Positions 13,071 through 26,800 of a stretch of 64,000 nt of DNA are shown here, one piece after another. The stretch covers positions 868,001-932,000 of the forward strand of contig JAYWIR010000055.1 of NCBI GenBank assembly GCA_036172245.1, written 5' to 3'. Below the pieces are notes generated by a model, which saw nothing but the letters and a program-made list of their open reading frames with translations, had not been told where the DNA came from and made no database searches. The first letter of the stretch is position 1, and each line of letters begins with the position of its first letter. The translations under genes and the position numbers were made by a program. Source of the stretch: Raillietiella orientalis (Eukaryota).

Positions 13071-14099
13071 CTCTTCCGTAATCTAAGAGCCCCTTCGGTT
13101 CCCGAATATCAGTCAGCCTCTGGACCCGTGTGCCGCACGAAACGGAGCCGAAGACCCGCAGCCGCGGACGTGACGCGGAGTCGGAGGCCTTCGCACTGCG
13201 ATCATCTTCATGAACCCCCGTCTGCTCACCAAACTCCCTCGTGCAGCCCTGCTATGCATCGGGGGTGGCTGCTCTGCTGGAGTCGTTACAGTTTTCATCA
13301 GGAGCCTACCCGATGCGTTTCCCATGGCGACTGTCTCGCTTGAGCTCCGAAATTTTTCCTAGATGAGCTCTCTTGGGAATCTTTCCGATGCCGCTGACTG
13401 CGTTCCGGAGGGCATTCGCCAGGCAGTCGATCCGATTCTTAGAGATCAGGAGAAATGCATCTGCATCTATTTCTCATGGGAAGAGAGAAACATCAGCCGC
13501 CTCCCCGACCAGGGATCCCGCTTTGGTAGCTTCCCGCCAAGGGCTGTCCTCCCTCCCATTCCGTCTTTTTTTATTCCAGGATTATTAGGTCGGTTTGCAA
13601 AGTAGTCTCATCACGAGCCATCAATTACCTTCCGCTTACGTCGCCGACTCAGTCATCGCCTCCCGCTTAACGACCACTGACTTTTGGATGACAAATGCAG
13701 ATGGGAAGGAACGCTCTTTCTCGTGGGTTCCGGAGTTTACTGTGACTTCTCAGTATCTTGTGGGTACGAAACTGCAGAAAATACGGTGCCACCTCTCACG
13801 GACAGAAGAAAGCCATCCTTGCGCAAATCACCCTGGCGTTTGATTTCCAGATTTCCAGCAGGGAAGCTCCACGGAGAGAGCGTTGTGAAATCGGAAGACC
13901 TGCGTCCCCTGCGCCTTTGCCCACGAGAGGCCTGAGGGAAGCTCTGGGGAAGGCGCGAACAAATTTCCTTCGCCCGCATCGCCCTGTCAGTCGCTCTGTG
14001 ACCTCAGGAAGACCATGTCCCTCTGCCTAGAGCTCGCTGCCTACCCGACCCGGTCGGCTACGCGGGAAGCCGTCCTCATGTGAGGGGGGCCTGACTGCT

Positions 14100-15300
14100 C
14101 TTGTCGCTAGAACTCGGGGACGTGCCACTTGGTTTCGCTGGACTCTTGAAGCACCGAGGAAGCGCCGATTCGTTCCATTCCTTCCTCTCCACCGTCGTCC
14201 CCATGCCCCTGACTCGCTGGTAGAGGATTCAGTGCTCTTCCTCCCCGCGAAGACCCTTCGTTGCTCTCCACGGGCGCGCTTGAATTCTTTTCTCCGACGT
14301 CCGCGCCACACGTAGGCCACTCCAGCACCGCATGCCCGCATGGCGCTTTTCGGACGCGCGCCGTCATGCTTCCTGCTTTCCTGGAGCTTCCACTTCGCGT
14401 GAAAGGACCCACCGTGGTGCGGAGCGTGGACCGGGGCATCCCAACGCGGTGACCGCAACTTCATGTTGCAGGCGATCGTCGCTTCCTCCGCGAGGTTTTC
14501 TTTTGCTTTCCTCCCTGCACAGCTTCTTCTCTGCCTCCTATTGAGTGGCCACCTTGAAAAAAACGACCGTTATCATGAGCATTGCTCTGCACGTGCTTCA
14601 CTCGCGGACCCCTTCCTTCCCGCCTTCCCTGCTCCGATTCGCAATTCTCCTGCAATCCCTCATCAATGATCCATCGTCCTCGCACGCCAATTATCCCTGC
14701 CTCACTTGGAAATTCCTGTAAAATGGATGCTCCTCCATCTCACGGCAAGCCTTGCTGACTTGACCAGTTGCTGCTGGCTGCTCTCTGACCTTCCTGGAAA
14801 CCCAAGACCCAACGACCGCGTCGCCCGCGCGCTGCCGTTCATCTGCTCGCTTGCGAGCACAAAGCGAAGAGTTCGGGAAGGAAGGCAGTTCTTTGCGATT
14901 CCCGTTTCCTCGGACGAGTAGGGTCCTCCGGCCGTGACCCGCGAGTCGCGTGGACTTCCGAGTCAAGCTTTCCGGGCAGTGGAGGCGAAGCTTCCCATGT
15001 GCGGAAACGGGTTCAGGAAGATCAAATTCAGGAGGGGAAGTGGCGCGAAATGTGCAGCTATCGATCGAGGGGGGATAACCGCTGTTCCAGAAACGTCCAC
15101 AAGGGAAAGCCGGTTAGCAAACTTCCCCCTTCCGGACCCGTGAAGGTCCAGATGGTCTCTGATTCATCCGTCTTCGGTGTTTCTTCACAGCTCGTTACGA
15201 AGCTCATCGGTCAGTGGGCCGCTGTCCTCTGACCGATGAGCTTCGTAACGCGACGTCAACAAGCGCAGCCGTGGATTTGATTGCTCTGGACCCAACTCGC
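14100..15300 (-). mobile_element. decayed non-LTR retrotransposon (LINE) RT fossil
   Basis: Minus-strand fragments in RT order: FQVRQG (GVRQG), KHVQSNAHD (HLxxADD), REVEAPGK (EVxxRIxKA), AVLEWPTCGADV (VLxxLLYGxE); many stops and frameshifts. Confidence 0.4.
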
Positions 15301-16139
15301 TCCCCGGGCAAGCTCCAGAAAGTTCTCCAGGAGCGTTGCAGGGATGGGCATGGGCCACAATAGTGGGGGCACAGCTCTCCACGGGCGATGTGCACGGGTG
15401 GCAGAAACACGACAGGGTAGAGCCCAGTCGTTAGGAGAGCCCTTTCGTAAAGGAGATGATGAGCACGAGGTCCAAGCTGTCATTTTCCCTACTCCCTACC
15501 AGCGCGGGGACAGCTGAAAATGAACGCGTCTCTTCAGAGAGAGTGCAGGTGGGCCAGAGTGGTTTGCGGGCACCCAGAGCTCCGTAACTCCATTAGCTCG
15601 GACGCTTCTGAGGATCGGCTGCAAACTCCTGGACCCCTAACCCGGTTCGCGTGCACTTTCCGAGCCTGGACCCTCCAGGGAGTACTCCCTACTGCTGCTG
15701 AACGGTGCTGCTTCGCGACTTTCCCAGGAACGGTGTAAGTCGGTTCCGGGCTGACTGGAGAGTCCGCCGCTCCCCTCGGGGCCGTTTGATTCAAAGTCTC
15801 CGGAGCGACCCGGCGTCCGAGAAGGCCTTTGACACCTCTGCTTCCCGGCAGACGACTCGTCCGTCGAAACATTCGCTGCACTTCCGGTGCGCTAGGCGTT
15901 GCTGGATTCTGTTGGGTGCTCGCGACTGATTCAGGAACCCTTCGGATGCCCCTCTTGGCTCGGGAGCTGAACCGAAACGAGTGCTCACAATGCTCTAGCT
16001 CCGCCCAAGAGTTGAGCCTTCCGGCGGTTTTGCAGGATCCGCACCAGCATCGGTTCGCTCAGCGCGTCCTGGAGGTGAGCAGGACTGGGAACCCTGTCCT
16101 CCATGACGCTCGGGTCGTGTGCACCCGCATCGTCACCCC

Positions 16140-16910
16140 ACGCTGGCGGCCCTGCGGTCTCCGCTCGCGGTCATTACCAAGCCCCGTGGGTTCGAATTCT
16201 ACCCGGGGAAGGATCGACGCCAAGAAATGAAGAGTGCGTCGTGGCCCCTCCCCCCTGAAAGATGCGCTGGTTTGCGGCGGGTGGCTTCGGATGCGGCGGC
16301 AATAGTAAAAGCCGGATGCCCCCGTTGACTAGCCGGAATGGGAAGTCGACCCCCCGGGTCCTTCTGAGACATCAAGGATCCCTTTGGGTTCCCCCCCTTC
16401 AGTTGGGAAACTGGGGCCGTCACCCCTCCATACTCGGGAAACCCTCTCCATCTCACACCATGGAGCTGGTGGACTGGTGACATCTCTCCAGAGCGTCCAA
16501 GAAGCGCGCAGCTCCCTTCGGGGAGAATTCAGAAAAACTGGAAAGCGTCCTTTCGGTGTTCTCTTCGGTGGAGGAGGAAACGAGAAGCGGATCCTTTGCG
16601 GGTCCTCTTTGGAGGAAAGAAACGAGGGCTAGCCTCCACTTCGAAAAGTCCCTCTAGAGAGAACAAGGAAGAGGTGTCCCTTCCCAGGGTCCCCTTCCCA
16701 GGAGGAAGGAAGTCCTTCTTCCGGAGTGTTCCAAGATTCTACAGGATAGTCCCCTCTCGGGGCACCCCCTGTGACTTGAACAGCCAATACGCACACTCAG
16801 AAGGCGTGGACGGTGCCGAAAATCTTCGTGACCCCCTCTTCCCTAAGGGGGTGAGCGGTTCCTCAGCATTCCTTGAGCACCAAAAAGGAAGAATCTGGAG
16901 GGAAAAAAGA
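16140..16910 (+). mobile_element. SINE family 1, copy C
   Basis: B-box GGTTCGAATTC at 16189-16199, followed by ggggaaggatcgacgcc.agaaatg, the full body and an A-rich end. Confidence 0.75.
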
Positions 16911-19900
16911 GTGATGACGGAAGAACCCCAAGGGGTCTTCATCATCAGCGTGTGAGGATCTGCCAAATGCTCTACGCTCTCATGCAGGAAAAACCTAGGA
17001 ACGGAAGAGGAGGCCGCTCGCTGACCTCGGAGCCGCACCCCGCGGAGGGTCGCGAGTTGCTTGTGCTGCGGTGAAGGGAAGACGTGTTTGGAAGACCCGA
17101 CGATGCTCCTGGTCCTGGGGCGTTTCACCCCGGCGCGGGGCGTTTCCGAAAGCTCCATAAGCGACCTCTCTCCTGCCCTCTCTCTCACCATGGCGCGAGT
17201 GACGAGCCGCAAGCGTCGCGGCTCTGCAGCACCGGACGCCATGGAAAGCGCGCAGCAGCAGCGCTGCAGGGGCGCGCAAGAAGTTTCCGCAGACTCCTCC
17301 TCCTCCTCCGCTGGCCGGCAGACCTTCCCTTGTTGGGCGTCCTTCCTCCCCCTCCTCTTCCTTTGGATGAAGAGCCGTCGCCGTATTCATTGCACGCGGA
17401 AAGAGTTTCGCAGCAAGCGCTGCTGCTCAAAGCCCCCGACGCGGAAACACCAAAGTCCAGAAGAGCGAGAGCAGCGGAAGACCAGAGAAGCTGGTGATTT
17501 ATAGAGGGCTTCATTAGCAGAGGCTGCAACTTTGGACGATCAACGGAGCATGAAAATTCTTCAGCTGCAGGGACGCCGGTTGCTCGCAGTTGCGCATAAA
17601 ACGGGGAGCGGACGCGGTGGCGGAGTCCTGGATTTCCCTCAAAAGGATTTCCTTCTACTTTTCACCCCCCCTCTTCTTCCTTTCCTGAAGGACGATTTGC
17701 GAGAATTAAGGAGGAGATCGAGAGGCTGAGCCGGCAACTCGATCTCTTCAAACCACTCGGCGTCTCTTCCGTGGATGGAACTCAACTCACTGCCGGCTCT
17801 TTCATTCCGAGACATCGGATCAAGAGGTCACCCGAGCTTTGGAATCTCCCTGCCCCCCCCCCTTTTTCCCGTGTCCCTGGAGCGAGTATGGGACCGGAAG
17901 CCCAAGTCCGCTCTCCAAGGGAAGCCGTCTTCGCCGCATCCGGGGCTCCTCCTGGAGATGTCCCTCACTGCCTTGTTTCCCTGCCCCGGGGGAGTAAGCG
18001 GAGGATGAGAAGGTCTAGCGAGGGTTTGGTGAGAAGGAAGAAGCGAAGCAGCCTCACGCTAAGATCACAGCGCGGGAGAACGGCGAGAAGCGTCTCCCTG
18101 AACGTGGGCTTGGCAAGTCTTATGATGCGGTATCTGGGGAGACGGGGACGCCGCTGGAAGCCCCTTGCTGGCATCTCGAAGGGAGCCTTCGCCCCAGGAC
18201 TGCGCAGAGACCGGGAAGTGGCCTGAGGCGGTGCGAGGAAGATTCGCAGATTTCACGGGGGCAGCAGACCTCAACGCCATTGTCTCCAGTGCGGAAGATC
18301 GGCGGGGACTGGTCCGGGTGGAATGCACTTCGAGCATCCTTCTTTCGCCCGGAAGGTAGCTGAGGTGGGGGAGGCGAAATTCGAATTCCCTTGTGGATGG
18401 GGTGCGTGGGGTGAGGCGTCTTATGCGTACGGCAGATGCTGCGGCTAGTAAAGAGGCGCCCCCCAGAGCAAGTCCGCTGACTTGCTCTGGAGGGCGCCTC
18501 TTTCCTCTTGGGAGTGAGGCGTGGAATCGATCCACGCATCAGGCGTGGACGTGCCTCCACGAGGCAGGAGGGGAGGGAGAGGAAGGAAGGGAGGGGCAGG
18601 ATCCACGATTGGCATTCCGAGTTCCCTCAGCTTGCTGGGATCGGAAGCACTTTTCGAGGAGACGGTGCAATAAGTAACCATGGGAACAGAAGTTAAATTG
18701 CTCACACTTTTCAGGTTCGTAGGGGAAGGGGGGGGAAAAACACACACATACAAAAAAAACTCCTTCTAGTCGCTCAGGAAACTGTTCCTGGGGACACGGT
18801 TGCAGACCTGGTAACGAGCTTTTTGATTAATGACGTGGAAAGGATGCGTCATCTCATCTGTTCAGCCCCGCGCGACTGCTTTCCTGAACGCACAGGAAAG
18901 TCAGGACGAGAGGGAAGGGTCTTTGCACCGTTTCTCGCCGCGAGCAAGCGGAGTCGCAGGATGGCTGCTGCCACCACCTCCGGGCTCCGTCGAAAGGGCA
19001 GCGCGCTGTCCTCTGGACGGGGTTCCACTTCTTGCGCATGAGGTCACAGCCCCGGGTCAAAGCTTTCCGAGAGTCTTTACGATCGCGATCCGACCGCAGA
19101 GGGAGCAGACGGGGGTCTCCGTCCCTCCCTTGCGGGAGGCCCTAGAGCAAACTACTTTGACTCCGAGCATCTCTCCCCGGGAAGCGACGCCGGAAGAGTG
19201 CGCGCCCGCGTGGGATCCGCAGGAGGGCACGATGATCGCACCCATCCTCGCCGCGGAGACGCGGGAGATTGCCAACTCCTTTGGAGCTGAGATTTCTCGG
19301 AGGAAGTCCAGGGAGACCTCGGGGTCCCGGCGGAGGTTCCAGGTCGAAGTGGGCAAGGCCACGCCGTGCGAGGTGCAGCCCGCCCGCTGGAGGCAGGTCA
19401 CCCCTCCCCTCCCTACTTCCTCCGCATGTGTCCCTCCCAAGGAAGGGGAGGCGTTCGCCACGCCTTGCGTTCGTGATTCCAGGACGGGGGGTTCAGGCTG
19501 AAAGAGCCCAGGATGGACGGCGATAGTGCACTTCGCGCTGACCAGGGTCACTTCTCTCTCATACGCGCGCGCGCGCCGCCGCTTAAGATCGAGCGGTGGA
19601 GCACCGCTCGTCAGCGCCCTGCTCTCCGCCTGCGCTGACAGGGGCAGGGGGCCCTCGCTCTCGCCCGCCCGAGCCAGGAGTACGGGGTAGACTCTGGTAG
19701 GTTCCGGCGACGGAAGGAGTCGCGGACGCTGTTGCAGCCAAAAGGCTAGCGACCGGTCGCCAGGACGGAAGAGCTGGCTCTGATGACGCATCCGTCTGTG
19801 CCAGGGATCGATGCGTAGCCTGCTGTCCCGGCGGAATCCCAGCTTGGCGGTCGCGGAAGAGCCGCGCATGCGCTCCGAGCTCTTTGGGTCGCACGACCTC

Positions 19901-20755
19901 GGTAATGCCTGCAGCTTTCGGTCGGCGGACTTGGCCGCGTGGCAGAGGGCATGCGCGCGAAGCTCGGCAAATGCTCCGAGAGACTACCGACCGGAAAGAG
20001 ACAGCACCGCCACCGTCTCCTTCGACGGCGCCGAACAAACGAAACTTTGCGTGTTCGGGGGGCTCAATTTAAAATCCGAAAAGCCTTGGCAACACTGCGC
20101 CTCTCGCCCACACGTCGAAAGTCGTTACTCGCATGCACGCGCTGGCCGTTCCGACGCATAAATCCCTCGCATCCCTCTCCGGGCGAGCATTCAAGTCGCC
20201 ATGGAAATGCAGGTTTGATCCGCTTGCCGTTGCCAAGGGCGCACCGAACCAATCGCAAGTGTGCCGAGTACGCGGACGCAGCATGCCGCTGTGAAGGTAT
20301 AGCCGTGGACATCGGCGCCATTCTCACTCCTGCAAAATGAATTCAGGGAAGGGGAGGAAGGAGAAGAACCCAGCTCTATACAGCACAGCATGGCTCGCGC
20401 GCCAGTCACTTCCCCTAGGGGAAAGTTTGCTCGCTCCCGCAGCATGGACCTGCTTCCGTACATTTACCGCTCGGTGCACCATCGGGGTCTTGTTGGGAAC
20501 GATAGCTTTCTGGCTCCTGCATATATCTCCGCGAGACCCATTCGTTCCTGCACCCCGGAATCGGCAGGACGGACATGCAAAGTTAGGAAGGACCCATCGT
20601 CCACGCGTGACTTCCCGTTGGCCGAATCGGCTTTCGAGACGCTTCCCATATTCTGGCCGATCGAAAAAACCACAGCTTGCCTAGGAGGGGGGCCAGCAGC
20701 TCCCACCCGCAAACCCCATTTTCCTTCTTTCTTTTCTCCCGAAGGTGTGACTCTC

Positions 20756-20840
20756 ATGGGATTGGATGTCACTCGGAAAGAGGCTGCGAATGTTACCCAC
20801 TTCACCGTTGTTCTGCTTATTTCCTGTAGGATGATATCAG
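20756..20840 (+). CDS. dpr-like coding exon 1 (signal peptide); the exon probably starts at 20745 after an upstream intron
   Basis: Long pyrimidine tract plus AG ending at 20744, ATG at 20756, hydrophobic FTVVLLISCRMIS, and a consensus donor CAG|GTGAGT at 20840/20841. Phase 1 matches the next exon and completes the signal peptide (G/LAVAA-DEG). Confidence 0.72.
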
Positions 20841-23800
20841 GTGAGTGTCTGCAGGCGTACCTTTTCCAGCGCGCCTCTGAGCGACCGCAGCAGTGCTGCG
20901 TTACGCGAGGACCCGCGCCCGCGGCTGGCAGCGCCACCGCGTAGCAAAAACCTCCTGGGTGAGTCGCGTGCCCTCGCCTACAGAAAGCCCAACCACCACT
21001 GGTGGTTCTCTTCTTCCCTGCGCGCTGCCTCGGCAAATGCAGACATCCTCGGGAGTGTTAAAATTGGAACTTGGGAACTTGGGACGTGGAAATTGGGACT
21101 CCGTTGGCAAACCTGCTTCTTGACCTCTTCAAGCGCTGCAGGTGCGTCTGAGGCGATCTCCCCCTCCCGCCAGAAGTCTCTCTGGCAGCAGGGGTGTTGC
21201 GTTTCCGCCTCTGTGAGATGCAAAAGGCTCATTGCAAGGTCATCATGCTGACCGTGACACGGGCAGCAAGGCGTGCTGGTGCGATCTCTTCTGAACGCGC
21301 CACATGCTGAATGGTCCGCTAAGAATAAAGCTGCCGCCCGGCAACGAGATTGTTTGTTAGCGATCCTCTCTTTGCGATGGTTCCCACAAGAAAGGGGCTG
21401 GCCAAAAATTCCAGAAGTCTTCCAGATGTGTTTGAGATGGACAAGAAGATCCGCTCCTCCGGGCGAGACTTGCTTCCCGTGACCCTGTTGCCATTCGGAC
21501 TGGGTCGGGAAGGACACTGGACGGTCTCTGTGGATCCTCCCGCGGCACAATCGCCGACTGTCACCAAAGCATTTCGAGAGTCGCACGCTGAGCTCAGCCG
21601 AATTCTTCCAGCCTTCTTCCAGCATTCCTGGAGAGCCACGGGAGCACGGGTGTTCCGCAGCTGCGAAACTGACCTCGGGCATTCTTTTCACGCTCCCTGG
21701 ATCCACAAGAAGAATCGAGGGGGGTCGAACGGAGTCCGCATGGTAAAGGACCACCGGTAGCAGTTTGCTTTCTCGGAAACGAGGCATCAAGGGAGAGCTT
21801 GCCAGCGATTCTGGCTTCTCTGGCATTGCGACGAATATCATCTGCCTCTTCGTGGAAGCGATACCGAGAACGGTAGCATAACAGGGAACCCATTCGAAAA
21901 GAATGCACGAGTGGGCTAAACCGAAACAGCGGCGTAGGGGGTGAAGCGTGAAAACGTGGAGCGGCGGCTTAATTGTTCTTGGAATGGGGAAGGAAGAGGC
22001 ACTGCAGCTTCGCGAACTTCTGGAACAGACAAACGACGTTGAAATATGACTGCTGGAGCCCTAACGTCTAGCACGTTCTCCAGGCTACGGAAGGATCGGT
22101 TCTCATTAACGCCTCGATACCCAAGGATGAGTCGAGGTATTCCGGAGGAGCATCGTGCCTTGCCGGCAGCGGCCCAGTGGGTCAGCTGTTTCTGGCAAGA
22201 GGGCCGGAGGGAACATTCGTGGAGGCCGCATTCGTGCTCTTAGACCTATCGGAACTCCCTTCCGAGAGGTTTGGGGCACAAAGGCAGTCCAGAGATGAGT
22301 TGTCGTGCTTTGTTCTCTCTGCAGCCTTCGAGAACGCCTCTGCTAGCTTTCTTTGGTTCCGAAGAGGTGACCCCGATTACGACGGTCTCTGCCACGTTCC
22401 TTGACCAAAACTGCTTCATCCCTGATCTCGAATAGGCAGAAAAGCGATGCTGCTTTCATCCAAAGATTTATTGAGTCCGATGCCGGAGGTGGTGATGTCT
22501 TTCAAGGGTGGAGAAAACACCGGAATGAGCTGCCCTTTCAATGGCAGGAAGCAACGTGTTTAAAATCCGTGCATGTTACAGAGACGGAGGTACATGGAAC
22601 AGTGAGATGGAGAGGTCGAAGGGCAGTCTCCTGGTCCTCCACAAAAGGGGAATCCCTGGAAACTCGCTGCAGCAAGTTTCCAGGAATTAAATTGTGAATG
22701 GAGTTGCCGGAGCAACTCCATCCGAAATGCAACGTCGATCGAAGGCATCGAAAGCACTGGACATCGACTCTTCTCGGATAGTCGCATTTTGCTGGGGTTG
22801 GTCTTCTGCTTGGCACCCATCTTTCTAGGTTCCTCCTGAGGGTGCTTGTTCCATTTGCTCTTTGAGATGGCTCGTTCGGACCCCCCTCTCGACAGGTGAT
22901 GTTCCAGAGAGCGAAAATTCTGGAGCTGTTCCCAAGGAGATCGTGAGTCGAAACCACGAAGCGCTTCCTTTTTCTTCTGCCAGCTTTGCCACAGCTGTTT
23001 ACCCACCAGGGACCCTGACTAAGGAACTCAGGGCAAAGAAACTCTGGATAGAAGAAAGAAGTGTCTGGCATCCTATTTGCGAAGTTCTCCATCAGCTGGA
23101 AATCGAAAAACAACAGGAAGAAGAAGGAAGGACCCAGTTGAATGAGCGGTCCAATGGCTTTCTGACTCCGCAAGACCACTTCTTGCGACCCTTTTCTAAA
23201 AGAAGGAAGGTTCTATGGAAAGAGATGCTGGCAGCAGCGGCCTCCGCCAGGCGTCGCTGCCTCCGGTTCGAGCCCCACTTAGAGGAAGGGTCGACACGCC
23301 GAGAAAGAGGAGAGGGGGTGCGTGGTGGGCTTCGATTCCTCCCTCCCGGAGGATGACGCTGTCATTGGGTGAGAAGCCGGATGTCCCCGTCGTCTGACCG
23401 GGATTGGAAGCTGACCTTCCCTCTGGGGTTCTTCCGAAACAGCAAGCAGCCCTTCGAAGTTTCCCTTCGGACGTGGAGACGGAGCCGTTGCACGGAACTG
23501 ATTGGTTGATACAGCCCTTGGGAGGCTGAGTCTCCAGAGTGTTAAGAAGCGCCCTTCGGAGAAATCGGAAAGCGTCGCTTCTGGAAGCTTCTCTTCAGGA
23601 GGAGGAAGCAAACAGCGATTTTCTTCTGAGGGGTCCCTCCGGAGAGAACGACGAAGAGGTGGTTCCCTTCAGGGTCCACTCCCCAGGTATGAGTGGAACG
23701 CACTCCCTCCCCAGGAGCACTTCCTGGATTAAGTAAGGCGGTACCCTCCCTGGGTACCATCTATAATTGGAGGAGCCACACGCACCTTCGGGTAGCGTAA

Positions 23801-26800
23801 ATGTTGCTGGAGAAGAGCTTCGTGACCCCTTACCCCCTAAGGGGGCGAGCAGTTAATTGGCGTTGCTTGAGAACCCCAAAAAGGAAGAGATAGGTGCATC
23901 GGGTAGCTTGCACGTGTTTCTCAGTGAGATGGTGACACGTCGCCCGGCATCCAACGCAGCAGCGACAAGGACCCAGCCGGCTTTCCTATCCGGAACTCCC
24001 TGCCAGCGGCCGATCGCGGGTCAGCAGAGTCACTTTTCCGGACGAGGAGAGCGCGAGCTCCCGGATGCGAGGGCGGAAGAGGGGGATTCGAGGCGCGTGG
24101 GCAGAATTCCTCACCTCGACGGGTGGATCTTCCCTCGTGGCGGCGGAGGCGGCGGCTAAGCGGGAAGGGGGAAAGGAAAGAAAGCAGCAGGCTGAGAAAG
24201 AAAAACAGACCTCAATCCCCTGCGTAATCCCGAATTTCCGAAGGGATCTGCTGCTACAGCACAACCGGCGTCCTGGTTCCCCTGCTCGTGCGGCCTCGTC
24301 GCCGCACCCGCTGCTGCTCCTTGACGCCATGCCACTTCCGCCACTGCCGTCCTCTCCAGCGCAGTGGCTCGTCCCGCACTATCCACACAATAGCTGCCTT
24401 AAAGAGCAGTGGTCGGGGTTCGAGGGTGGACAGAATCCCTCGAAAGGCGGGGAAGTGCAACAGGAATCGAACGGAGGAGTTCGAATGGCTCTTGCAAGAT
24501 GGGGTGGTAATCCTGAAGGAAGGGGGTGAAGGAGTAAATAGAGGAAGCCGATGATCGAAGGAGGAAGTGTGATCTGTCAGCTCCTGCGGCGGTAAGCGGT
24601 GGAAGCTGACCGGGCGCTAGCGCTTGCTGCAGCGGGCTCCGTAATGTTCGAGTCTCTGAGGGCATGCGGAGGGCTGCAAGGGGGTCGGAGGAGGGGGACG
24701 AGGTCAAACTGCTTGGGCGTCTCAAAAGACTGCCTCTCGCACGTAGCAAGGATGGCTGCGTTGGGATGCGAGCGTTGCCACGGTTTCTCATTGGCATGCG
24801 TTTCAGGGATCCGAGGTACCGCGATGGAATGGAGGTCGATCTCCAGGTAGCTTCCTCTGCGTCCGGTTCCGTTGGTTGCGGTTCAGACGCCCCGAGGGTA
24901 TCCGGGCGATTTCTCGCGTGCGACGGACGGAAAAACGACCTCCATCATGGAGTAAGACACCCGGGTCGGGGAGACAGAGTGCGCGAGGGGAAGGAAATGT
25001 ATTGTGGTAAGGAACCGACAGTGAGGAGAGCTCTGGGAGCGAACCTCTCGGCAGAAAGTCTTTTGACCTGAGCAGCTCCCCCTAGTCTCACGGAGAGGTG
25101 GAACGGGCGCGTCGGAGCGGAGGAGCGAGGAAGAGGTGAAGAGGATGGGAGAAGGGTTGGGAATGTGGAATTTTCCCCTTTGGCGGCGACAGTTAAGGTG
25201 ATAGGGGCTTCCGGGAAGGAAGGGATCCGGATGAAGGTCCGGACGCGCGCTTCCACGCTTGCGGGTGGATGAGAGACGCATCTCCGAGTCTCCCGGAAAC
25301 GGGCTTGTTGTTACAAATGGGGATGAGAGGGGATACAAATGGATCGTTCGATCTTCCAAAGCTCCATGGAGATCCGCAGCAGGGTTCTCCGTGGCCTTTC
25401 CCAGCAGGATGCACGCGTGGGGGCTTTCCCTGCGATTCTCACAGTGCTGGGGACGTGGATCCGTGGCAACAGGGAAGAAGCATTCGAACCAAAGAGCGCC
25501 TGATCCGAGGATAGAGCAAACAAAAAGGAAGGCAAGACCCTCTGCCGATCCGGGAGCTCAGTCGTCTCAGTCAAAGGGAGTTTGGAGCATACGTAACTGG
25601 GACGAAGAATAGAGGAAAGCAGGAAGTGCTCTGGGTGCTCTTCGGAAATCCGAGTGGACATGCCGCCTCGGACGTTTCACATCCGAGTCCATCACCCTCT
25701 GTCGCACTTATGGGCGTGCGGTATCCTGGATACGTCGGGGAGTGGCGGGGGAGAAGGTTTACTGCTTCTGAGCTTACTGCTTCTCTGTCACTTCCCTGCT
25801 CCACGTGAGGGCCGCTAGCACGCTGGAGGTGGAAAAGCCGGAAGTGGACGGCGCGTCTTCCTGGAAACGAGAAGACAAGTCTCAATCGAACCGGAGCACT
25901 TCGATCTCCTCCACCGGAAGGGGAAGAGGAAAACGGGAGGACCGAGAGTGCCCAGTCAGCTTGTCCGCATCCAGGGAACCGAAATAGGCCAGCGCTTCCG
26001 ATGGGGCAAGGAAGGGCCGTTTCGCGGCGAGCCGGAAGCTACGGATGGCTCCCCCGGGCGCGATGCTTCTCCCGAAACCCCAAGGGAAGGGGGACATGAA
26101 AGACTTCCTCCTCCCGGAGTCGAAGGGGAGAGTTGCCTAGGAGACCGCTGGAGAGGGCCTCATCGCGCCGAGATGCGGATGTGATGAAGCCCGGGCTCTC
26201 TCAGAAAGCGAGGGCGCAGGAGAGAGAACCAGGAGGGGGCGGGGGTGAGGGGGGGGATGTTGGCCACGAGCTCGCGTTTGTCCTCGAGGCGAAGAGTCAA
26301 GTCATGTTCTTGGGAACGGTAGGCCCCGGGGCATCATTCCGGGGGAAGTTCCAGCCCTCTCCCTCCACAGGGAGAAGTGGAGGAGTCCCCAGTCTCTCTC
26401 CACTTCGCTCTCTCCTCCATCCCTTCCAGCCTCCCCGAGCGCCCCCCACAGAGGACGCCGACCATCCGGCGACCAGGTTTTGGGCGGAGAGTGACGGCCT
26501 CTGAACTCCGTAGGTCTCGCTGTAGCTGCGGACGAGGGCGGCGACGGTGGAGGCGGCAAGAGGGCGCGAGTGCTGGAGGCGGCGGAGCAGCAGGGGGAGG
26601 CGGCTGTGGAGCCCGACGCCTCGCCCCAGAAGGTGCAGGTGGGGGGCACCGCCTTCCTCGGCTGCAGAGTCCGCAACGTCAGGAGGCCGATGGTAAGCGT
26701 CCTTCTCCCTTCCCCCTTCCTCAGTATCGTCCTCGACCGGGAAACATCCTCCCGAGCCCCCGCCGCTTCTCGCCGCCTTCGGGAGAGAACGGGATGGAGG

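Noticed and set aside
16465..16525. Hammerhead ribozyme in the SINE body (consensus close to CTGATGA followed by GAA)
   Set aside because: CTGATGA is only a rough consensus across copies, the would-be stem II is imperfect with a 2-nt loop, and GAAA plus stems I and III are not consistently present. An Infernal search of the consensus against hammerhead models would settle it.
19330..19400. Ig-like stretch RRFQVEVGKATPCEVQPARWRQ-VT as an alternative Ig1 exon
   Set aside because: It lies upstream of the signal-peptide exon, lacks the AxLxC spacing and has a poor donor (GTCACC). The exon at 26514-26692 fits far better.
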